Part shown: positions 18,095 to 25,633 of the stretch, piece after piece | Numbering within the stretch: the stretch's first letter is position 1 | Layout: every line of letters starts with the position of its first letter | DNA from: Candidatus Nanoarchaeia archaeon | Lineage (GTDB): Archaea; Nanobdellota; Nanobdellia; Pacearchaeales; GW2011-AR1 | Length of the DNA stretch: 61,439 nt | Direction of reading: 5' to 3' | NCBI GenBank assembly: GCA_035291345.1 | Contig: DATDSF010000020.1 | Span: forward strand, 1-61,439 | Notes under the pieces: generated by a model | The model's database searches: none | The model's input: only the letters and a program-made list of their open reading frames with translations | What the model was told of the DNA's origin: nothing | Translations under genes and position numbers: made by a program

Positions 18095-20293
18095 TCAATT
18101 ACTCTTTAACTTTATTTCTTTATCAATTTCTCTTTGTTTGTGTTCTATTAATAATTTAATTAGTTCTTTAAATTTTACTTTAGGTTCAAAGCCTAATTTT
18201 TCCCTTGCTTTGGAAATATCTCCAACCAATTCAACTTGTTTACCAGGTCTTGCAAACTTTGGATCTATTTCTACCAATCCTTTTGGATTTAATCCGACTA
18301 ATCCAAATGCTTCATCAACTAATTCTTGAATTAAATGAGATTCTCCTGTTGAGATAACAAAATCTTCAGGTTTATCATATTGCATTATTTTCCAGGCAGC
18401 TTCCATATATTCTTTTGCATATCCAATATCGACTGGTAAATCTAATGCACCAATAGTCATTTTATCCTGCATTCCTTTAGAAATTCTTACAGCAGATGAG
18501 CAGATTTTATGCAATAAGTACTCCTCACTTCTTCTTGGAGAATCATGATTGAAAAATATTGCAGTTGAAACAAACATTCCATGCACATCTCGATAATACT
18601 TAGCTAAGTAAAATGCTAATAACTTTGCACATGCATAAGGACTTTGTGGAGCAAATAAAGTTTTTTCATTTTGGGGAACTTGAATAGCATCCCCAAACAT
18701 TGTAGAGCTTAATGGTTGGAAGAATTTTATTTTAGGATTAACCTGTTTAATTATTTCTAAAACCCTTCCAACAGAAGCAGCAGTTATGTCATATGAATAA
18801 GCAGGTATTTCATAGCTCCATGCAACATGGTCCTGATCAGCTTCATTATATATTTCATCAGGCTGTACACTTGATATTATTCTATATAAAGAAGTTTGGT
18901 CAGCAAGATCTCCCTTATGTAATGTTATTTGGTTAACAATGTGATTTATATTTCTAAGATTTCCAGTTGCAGATCTTCTGTACATTCCATGCACTTCATA
19001 TCCTTTATCAAGTAAAACTTCAGCAAGATAACTTCCATCCTGTCCTGTAATTCCTAGTATTAAAGCTTTCTTTTTTTTATCTTTGATATTTTCAATTCCC
19101 TGATGACTATAAATCTCTACACTTGGAAGAGCAAAAATAAATTTCCCTCCATTTTTCAGCCATTCCTCTTCTCTCTTAATAAAAGAATCTCTGAAGGCAT
19201 AAGGTAAAACTAAAAAATAATCCGCATCTTTCTTTGCCTCACTTTCTTTGATTATTGGTATATCAGAACCAACAGTAAATTTCCCAAATTTTTCTTCACT
19301 TATTTCTGCAATTCCACTAATTTCTTTCTCCCCTAAACCATAATACTGTAAAATAGTATTCCCTTTTGTTGAAGCTCCGTAACCATAAATTTTTTTTCCT
19401 TCACTAATAAGCTGCTTTATTAACTTCGCACAATCTTCTTTATTTTTCTTAAGTCTTTCAGCAAATTCTAAATAACTTTCTTTGGTGATATTTTCATTGT
19501 AATTAATACTCCCATTTTTATAATGCCTTGCAAATAATCTGTAACTTCCCCCATTTATTGAATTTTCTTCAACTTTAAAAATTTCAAGACCATTTCTTTC
19601 AAATAATTCCTTTAATGATTGATAAGAATAATATTCAATATGCTCATGACATATGTTTCCTATGTCATTTTTTTCAAGCATTGGTTTTGAAGTCATTAAC
19701 TGAGCAACAAATATTCCATTATTGTCTAAAACTTTAACAGCATCTCTAATAAACTGATTCGGATCATCCATGTCATAAAACATACCTATAGCTGTAATTA
19801 TTTTAGCTTTTTTCTCACCAACACTTTTTAGATAATTTTCATAATTCCAAAAATCAGCAATTGGTATATCTACCCTTTTTTTCATTTCATCAATAAGATT
19901 TGTTGCAGGTTCGCAACCAACCTTTACAACATTTTTGGGATAAAAACTTAAAAGAGTTCCATCATTAGCTCCTATATCAAGTACAATTTCTCCATCTTTC
20001 AAATCAACCATTTTACTAGAAACCTCGGAAATTTCTTTCAAATCATTAATAATGATTTGATTTAGTCCTGATCTATACCAATAATGGCCAGAATACATTA
20101 GTTCTTGTGGAGCTGTATGCCTTAGTTGAACCAATGTACAATTATCACACCAGACAAGATCTAATGGAGCATTACCTATATTGTCTCCTTTAGATTTTAC
20201 AAAAGTAGAAATATATAAATCTCCCAAAGAAAATAAATCTGTTAGTTTATCAGATCCACAGATTCTGCATTTATCTATCTCCTTTATACTCAT
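18095..20293 (-). CDS. Fusion protein: Zn-ribbon NDP-hexose C-methyltransferase (TylCIII-like) + Gmd-like short-chain dehydrogenase/reductase
   Basis: 732 aa. N-terminal part has CRICGS...WCDNC, VLDIGANDGTLL and IYGYGASTKGNT (C-methyltransferase C-terminal domain). C-terminal part, from about aa 417, has [37 protein letters not shown] and FNHDSPRR, but LSSTMFG replaces SSSEMFG. Confidence 0.8.
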   Translation of the reverse strand: MSIKEIDKCRICGSDKLTDLFSLGDLYISTFVKSKGDNIGNAPLDLVWCDNCTLVQLRHTAPQELMYSGHYWYRSGLNQIIINDLKEISEVSSKMVDLKDGEIVLDIGANDGTLLSFYPKNVVKVGCEPATNLIDEMKKRVDIPIADFWNYENYLKSVGEKKAKIITAIGMFYDMDDPNQFIRDAVKVLDNNGIFVAQLMTSKPMLEKNDIGNICHEHIEYYSYQSLKELFERNGLEIFKVEENSINGGSYRLFARHYKNGSINYNENITKESYLEFAERLKKNKEDCAKLIKQLISEGKKIYGYGASTKGNTILQYYGLGEKEISGIAEISEEKFGKFTVGSDIPIIKESEAKKDADYFLVLPYAFRDSFIKREEEWLKNGGKFIFALPSVEIYSHQGIENIKDKKKKALILGITGQDGSYLAEVLLDKGYEVHGMYRRSATGNLRNINHIVNQITLHKGDLADQTSLYRIISSVQPDEIYNEADQDHVAWSYEIPAYSYDITAASVGRVLEIIKQVNPKIKFFQPLSSTMFGDAIQVPQNEKTLFAPQSPYACAKLLAFYLAKYYRDVHGMFVSTAIFFNHDSPRRSEEYLLHKICSSAVRISKGMQDKMTIGALDLPVDIGYAKEYMEAAWKIMQYDKPEDFVISTGESHLIQELVDEAFGLVGLNPKGLVEIDPKFARPGKQVELVGDISKAREKLGFEPKVKFKELIKLLIEHKQREIDKEIKLKSN
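19019..19054. repeat. Second copy of the 36-nt identical stretch
   Basis: Same 36-mer as 16056-16091, read directly from the sequence. Confidence 0.85.
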
Positions 20294-20371
20294 GAATTTA
20301 TGTTTAATTGAGTATATATAAATTTTTAGATAATTTGTATAATTAAAGATTAAATTACTACTACTTTCAGA

Positions 20372-21550
20372 TTACTTTAAAGTCTTTAATCTCTTTTTGT
20401 TATTTATGAAATCATTAATTGCAGACATAACTTCATTTAATTCAATAAGATTCATACACCATACTCCTCCTGGCTTTATGCATGGCTTAGACCAATCACA
20501 TGGGCAACTAATTGTTTTTCCATTACAATGAATATCATGGTAAATTATTTTAGTATTTCTTAAAGGTCCAAAAACTTTTCTATCAACTGGACCTGAAAGC
20601 TCTATAAGATTTCCACCACTAACCCAGCTAATATCAGTTGCAACCCCATCATTTGCAATAACACAATCAGCCTTACCAAAAATAACAGACATTCCTCTTA
20701 AATTAAAGTTAACAACTGGTACACAAAAACTTTTTCTATTATTAGAAAGCCTTTTAATCATTCCTTCATCATTTCCAGCCCCCGAAATTAATATTTTATG
20801 TTTGGGATATTTTTTATGGAACAAATCTATAAGTTTATCAAATTTCTTTTCAGGCCATCTTTTTGTATCACTTGTAGCCCCTGGCGAAAAAACTACATAT
20901 TTTTCAACTTTATTTTTCTTAAGAAAATCATTAGCAAGTTTTTTATCATTTTCATCAACTTCTATTTTAGGCCAGATATTATCTATCTTAATATCAAAAG
21001 CTCTTTCAATAAGTCTAACATGCTCTTTTATTACATGTGTTATTTCATCATAAAAAACAGGGTGTGTTAAAAACACTTTTCCACCATTAATATTATAATA
21101 ACTAACACGATTTTTTATTATTGGAAGAAATAAAAAGAAAAACATATTTAGTTTACTTCTTCTAAGATCAATTCCCACATCAAATTTTTCTTTTCTAATT
21201 TTCCTAAATACTTTAATATAGTCTTTTAAAGCCTGCAGATTTTTTCTCCTCCAAAAAAGATCTATTTCAATTATCTTATCAACATTTTTATCTTTTTCAA
21301 TTATAGTTCTGTTTCCATCAGTAGCAAGAACACAAATCTCAATATTGGGAAAGTGTTTCTTTAGTTCTCTGAAAACAGTTGTAGAATAAACCATATCTCC
21401 TAAATGGTCGTTTCTTATAAAAAGAACTTTTTTAGGATTTTTAATAGGCTTAAATTTATCACTTTTAAAAAAAGCAGTTATTTTATCAAAGTAATAATCA
21501 GAACTTCCAGAATTTTTATCTCTAATTTTGTATAATTGGGAACCTTTCAT
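20372..21550 (-). CDS. GT9-like glycosyltransferase (heptosyltransferase family)
   Basis: 392 aa. VLFIRNDHLGDMVYSTTVFRELKKHFP is a GT9 N-terminal signature. PGATSDTKRWPEKKF matches the family's conserved (R/K)WP motif. Confidence 0.7.
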   Translation of the reverse strand: MKGSQLYKIRDKNSGSSDYYFDKITAFFKSDKFKPIKNPKKVLFIRNDHLGDMVYSTTVFRELKKHFPNIEICVLATDGNRTIIEKDKNVDKIIEIDLFWRRKNLQALKDYIKVFRKIRKEKFDVGIDLRRSKLNMFFFLFLPIIKNRVSYYNINGGKVFLTHPVFYDEITHVIKEHVRLIERAFDIKIDNIWPKIEVDENDKKLANDFLKKNKVEKYVVFSPGATSDTKRWPEKKFDKLIDLFHKKYPKHKILISGAGNDEGMIKRLSNNRKSFCVPVVNFNLRGMSVIFGKADCVIANDGVATDISWVSGGNLIELSGPVDRKVFGPLRNTKIIYHDIHCNGKTISCPCDWSKPCIKPGGVWCMNLIELNEVMSAINDFINNKKRLKTLK

Positions 21551-21559
21551 TTTAGCCCC

Positions 21560-21928
21560 TTATGCAGAAGGATGATTCTTTTTTATCTCTTTAAATCCAA
21601 TTCCTGTAGACTCCACGATTATATTTTTTGCCTGACTTCTCTGCTTGTTTACAAGTTCTGTTTCTAAATACAACTCTCCAATTTTAGCATAATTCTTTTC
21701 ACCCTCTCTTTCTTTATTCATAGCCTCTAACAAATCCCATTCTTTTTTATTAATTTCATATAATTCTTCAATCCAAGAATCCTCAATTTTCACACCCTTA
21801 TTTTCAAATTCACTAAGTGCCTTTTTTAGAGCAGAAAATTCATCATGTAACTCTGGTTTTCCAATTCTTTCAATTTTGAGTTTAACAATACTTATCCTAT
21901 CAATTATTTCAGCAGGTGGTACTTCCAT
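21560..21928 (-). CDS. Small helical hypothetical protein
   Basis: 122 aa, predicted helical and charged. Ends 9 nt upstream of the GT9 gene in the same gene train. Confidence 0.5.
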   Translation of the reverse strand: MEVPPAEIIDRISIVKLKIERIGKPELHDEFSALKKALSEFENKGVKIEDSWIEELYEINKKEWDLLEAMNKEREGEKNYAKIGELYLETELVNKQRSQAKNIIVESTGIGFKEIKKNHPSA

Positions 21929-21972
21929 ATTACTCTCCCGAAATTTTGCTTTAAATAATTATTGGTTCTGTG

Positions 21973-22872
21973 CTAATACCATTCAGTTAATTTTCTATTT
22001 ATCAATTTTTCTAGATCTTTGGTGTCTTTTTCATAGACTTTTCTTATTTTTTCGAACAATTCAGAACTCATTTGCTCCTTCTTCACCTTTTTTTTATTTG
22101 CTTTATTTATAGACTCAAAGAAACTATTAATTTTTGTAGATCTTTTGATAAAAGAAATTATTTTTCCCAAACCCACATTTTCAAGAAATAAAGTTATTTT
22201 TCTCAGAAAATTTATAATGTATCTTAAAGACTTGACTTTTGTAGCCTGTTGAGGATTTACCTTTTCATGCAAAGATTTAGGTTTAAAATTAGGGTTAACT
22301 CCTAGGAATCTATAAAGTTCTTTGACAACTTTCTCAGGATTTTTATTTATATCTTCATAAATAATGACATGAATATTCTTCCTAGGAAATAAATCAAAAT
22401 AAACCTTCAAGTGTTTGTAATACATGCCCCTTTCCATATAATTGTCTAGATCATTTTCCTTCTTCTTTCTGAAAAAAGCTTGCTCAAAATCCTCTTTCTC
22501 TTTTAGATCACTTAATTTTATATTATTCCAGTCAGAGTAGGCCCTTGAAACAGGTTCTCTTAAAGAAACTATTAGCTTAATATTTGGAAAGTACTTTTTT
22601 ATTATTTTACTAGCATCTGGATCATATAAATAATAAGTACTAAATTCTCCCTTTTTTTTACCCTTTGAGTTTTTAAATAACTCAAAATACCCATTTATAC
22701 CTCTTATTTCATACTCACTTTTTGTGTTATTTGCCCTAGTTTTTGAGAAATAATTAAGCTCTTTAGTGTATGGAAAAAATATTTCTGGATGTTCCATTAA
22801 ACACTCAGCAATCCAGGTTGTTCCACTTCTTGCAGCCCCTATACCAGCAAAATCTATCTCAATGTTACTCAT
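21973..22872 (-). CDS. Sulfotransferase-domain protein (PAPS-dependent type)
   Basis: 299 aa with a 5'-PSB-like loop GIGAARSGTTWI and a 3'-PB-like motif SLREPVSRAYS. Confidence 0.72.
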   Translation of the reverse strand: MSNIEIDFAGIGAARSGTTWIAECLMEHPEIFFPYTKELNYFSKTRANNTKSEYEIRGINGYFELFKNSKGKKKGEFSTYYLYDPDASKIIKKYFPNIKLIVSLREPVSRAYSDWNNIKLSDLKEKEDFEQAFFRKKKENDLDNYMERGMYYKHLKVYFDLFPRKNIHVIIYEDINKNPEKVVKELYRFLGVNPNFKPKSLHEKVNPQQATKVKSLRYIINFLRKITLFLENVGLGKIISFIKRSTKINSFFESINKANKKKVKKEQMSSELFEKIRKVYEKDTKDLEKLINRKLTEWY

Positions 22873-22930
22873 TTCAACCAGTCTTTCCGAGTATAGACAA
22901 CTTTTTAATTATTGCTAATCAAGAATAGCC

Positions 22931-23725
22931 ATGGAGGTTGCGATTACTTTTGATGTCGAGCCTGATTTACACTCAGGCAACTTTAAAAGTATAATTGAGG
23001 GAATACCAAAAATAATGGGTATTCTTGAAAAATATAATGTAAAAGGTACTTTTTTTACTACAAGTGACTGTATTGAAAAGAATCCAGAGGTATTTAGAGA
23101 ATTAATCCGAAGAGGTCATGAAATAGCCTCTCATGGACACAGGCACGCAAGATTTGACGAGCTGACTTTTGAAGAAACAGAACTTTCGCTAATAAATTCT
23201 AAAAAAACTTTCAAGAAATATTTAAATCAACAACCAAAAGGTTTTAGAGCTCCTCAATTATCTATTGATAAAAAAACACTTTATCTACTCAAAAAACACA
23301 AATTTACTTATGATTCTTCATTTGCACCTTTAGACTTAATGCTTCTCTTCTTCCTTCCAAGTAAATTTAAGCAATGGTTATGGCATTTTTTTTCAAATAA
23401 AAAAGTATATGAAATAAAAAAGGATTTGTATGAAATACCAACCTCTGCAATTATAATTCCTTTTGTTTCTCTAGTATTTAGGGTACTCAACCCCCAAATG
23501 ATTAAAACTTATTCAGAACTAGTAAAGATATTTAATAAACAGTTAGTGATTTATTTTCACTCTTGGGACTTTATTGATGTTCCAGAGAGCAAAATAGATA
23601 GATTGTGGAGTAAAGAAAAACTTATATATAACCTAGACAAATTTCTTGAATATTCAACAAAAAAATATGAATTTAAAAAGCTATACGAAATGGTGAAAAA
23701 AGATGGTACAAAAAAATACGCCTGA
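22931..23725 (+). CDS. Polysaccharide deacetylase (CE4 family)
   Basis: 264 aa with TFDVEPD, GHEIASHGHRH and FRAPQL (NodB-type motifs). Confidence 0.8.
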   Translation: MEVAITFDVEPDLHSGNFKSIIEGIPKIMGILEKYNVKGTFFTTSDCIEKNPEVFRELIRRGHEIASHGHRHARFDELTFEETELSLINSKKTFKKYLNQQPKGFRAPQLSIDKKTLYLLKKHKFTYDSSFAPLDLMLLFFLPSKFKQWLWHFFSNKKVYEIKKDLYEIPTSAIIIPFVSLVFRVLNPQMIKTYSELVKIFNKQLVIYFHSWDFIDVPESKIDRLWSKEKLIYNLDKFLEYSTKKYEFKKLYEMVKKDGTKKYA

Positions 23726-24476
23726 GTTGTGGGATACTTTATGGGATCCGGTTTCAAAAGAAGAGGACATTTTTAATTTGAAAAAAGAAGAAAGTTCAAT
23801 AAGATGGAGAAGAATAGAAAAAGAGGTATTAAAGAAATTTGGATCATTTAAGGGTCTAAAAGTTATTGAACTTGGTGCAGGAGGAGGGACAAATGCACTC
23901 TTATTTGCTCTTAGGGGATCAGAAGTTTATGTTTTAGACTACTCAAGTAAGGCTTTGAAAAGAAGTCAGGAATTTTTTTCAAGGCATGATATAAAATCTA
24001 ATATGATTATGCAAGATGCATTAAACCTTGATAAAAATCTTTTTGGAAAGTTTGATGTATCAATGTCTTTTGGTTTAGCAGAACATTTTACAGGAAAGAA
24101 TAGGATACAAATAATAAAGTCACATTTTGATGTCCTGAATAATAAAGGGGTATCATTTATATCAGTTCCAAATAAGTGGAATATTCCATATAGAATACAT
24201 AAATCTATTTTTGAAATAATTGGTATATGGAGAGTTGGAGAGGAATATCCATTTTCCCGAAAAGAACTGAAACTAATATCATTAAAGTTAGGGAAGAATA
24301 TTAATTTTATAGGTAGTTCGTTTATTTCTTCTTTAAACTATATTAATCCCTTCCAGATAATTAGAAAAAAACAAATAAAGAAAAATTTTGAAATGGAAAA
24401 AATAAAACCTCAAAAAGGCAATTATTTAGACCGGTATTTAGGGTATGCTCTGGTATTAGTTGGTAAAAATAGTTAG
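23703..24476 (+). CDS. Class I SAM-dependent methyltransferase
   Basis: 257 aa with VIELGAGGGTNA (motif I), VLDYS and SFGLAEHF. Overlaps the deacetylase gene by 23 nt. Confidence 0.8.
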   Translation: MVQKNTPELWDTLWDPVSKEEDIFNLKKEESSIRWRRIEKEVLKKFGSFKGLKVIELGAGGGTNALLFALRGSEVYVLDYSSKALKRSQEFFSRHDIKSNMIMQDALNLDKNLFGKFDVSMSFGLAEHFTGKNRIQIIKSHFDVLNNKGVSFISVPNKWNIPYRIHKSIFEIIGIWRVGEEYPFSRKELKLISLKLGKNINFIGSSFISSLNYINPFQIIRKKQIKKNFEMEKIKPQKGNYLDRYLGYALVLVGKNS

Positions 24477-24514
24477 ATAGGTAGTTTTTTATAGATATTT
24501 AGTGATTATTTTTT

Positions 24515-25633
24515 ATGGAAAAGCTTAAGATTTTGGAACTGACAAACTTTTCAGCAGGTGCGTGCGGAGTATTTGCAAGAGTTATTCAGGAAAGCATTGA
24601 ACTTAAGAAATTAGGTTATGAAGTAAGAGTTTTTTCATCAAATTTGGAAAAAGGCACAAATAAAATAGTTAATAATAGTGCAGAAATACAAGGAATTAAA
24701 ATATCTCGTTTTCCAGCAAAACAGCTTGGAGGAGAGAGCTATATGAAATGGTTTTCAAAAGAATCTGAAAAACTAGCAGTCACATTTAAACCAGATGTGA
24801 TAATAGCTCATTCTTACAGACATAAACATACTCATTCAGCTTTAGATCTTGGTAAAAAAATTAACTCTAAAGTCTTTCTTGTAACTCACGCCCCATTTGG
24901 TAGAAATAGGGGTTTTACTAATAATATTATAGTTTCATTATATGATTTTTTTCTTGGAAGGAGAAAATTAAAGAAATTTAATAAAGTCATAGCAATAACT
25001 AAATGGGAAATATCTTATCTTGAAAAACTGGGTTTGGAAAGAGATAGAATAGTTTACATTCCTAACGGAATACCTAATATTTTCTTCACACAAAAACCAA
25101 AAAAAGAACAAAATAAAATACTGTTTTTAGGAAGAATTTCACCAATTAAAAACCTAGAAACCTTGATAAAATCAATACATTTTTTAAGTGATAAAAAAAT
25201 AACTTTAGAGATTGTTGGACCAGCAGAAGAGGATTACAAGTTAAATTTAATATCTTTAATAAAGAACTTAAAAGTAGAATCTAGAGTTGTTTTCTATCCA
25301 GCAGTTTACGACTTAAAAGAAAAAATAGAAAAAATAGATTCTTGTAAAATATTTGTTCTTCCAAGCTTTAGTGAAGGTATGCCTCAATCGCTAATAGAAG
25401 CCATGGCTAGGAAAAAAATAGTTATCTCAAGCGATAATCTTGGGGGTAAAGAATTAATAGAAAATAATAGTAATGGTTTTATTTTTGAAACAGGAGATTA
25501 TAACCAACTAGCAGAAGTTATTGATAAGTCAATAGATCTGAAAGATAAAAAAATACAAGCCCATGCAGAAAAATCAGTAGAAAAATTTAAATGGAGCATA
25601 CTTATAAAAAATCTAGAGAGTTTGTTTAATTAA
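24515..25633 (+). CDS. GT4 (GT-B fold) glycosyltransferase
   Basis: 372 aa with the C-terminal E-x7-E region PSFSEGMPQSLIEAMA and GRISPIKN. Confidence 0.85.
   Translation: MEKLKILELTNFSAGACGVFARVIQESIELKKLGYEVRVFSSNLEKGTNKIVNNSAEIQGIKISRFPAKQLGGESYMKWFSKESEKLAVTFKPDVIIAHSYRHKHTHSALDLGKKINSKVFLVTHAPFGRNRGFTNNIIVSLYDFFLGRRKLKKFNKVIAITKWEISYLEKLGLERDRIVYIPNGIPNIFFTQKPKKEQNKILFLGRISPIKNLETLIKSIHFLSDKKITLEIVGPAEEDYKLNLISLIKNLKVESRVVFYPAVYDLKEKIEKIDSCKIFVLPSFSEGMPQSLIEAMARKKIVISSDNLGGKELIENNSNGFIFETGDYNQLAEVIDKSIDLKDKKIQAHAEKSVEKFKWSILIKNLESLFN

Noticed and set aside
19071-19078. Programmed frameshifting at the A8/T8 tract inside the fusion gene.
   Set aside because: The reading frame is continuous through the tract and both domains are in the same frame. 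The tract is flagged only as a possible sequencing or indel risk, not as a recoding site.
8620-21550. A complete nucleotide-activated heptose pathway feeding the GT9 enzymes.
   Set aside because: A HAD phosphatase and nucleotidyltransferases are present. However, the HAD is beta-PGM-like (FDLDGVLVD) rather than GmhB-like, and no SIS isomerase (GmhA) or sugar kinase is visible. The idea is kept only as a weak hypothesis.
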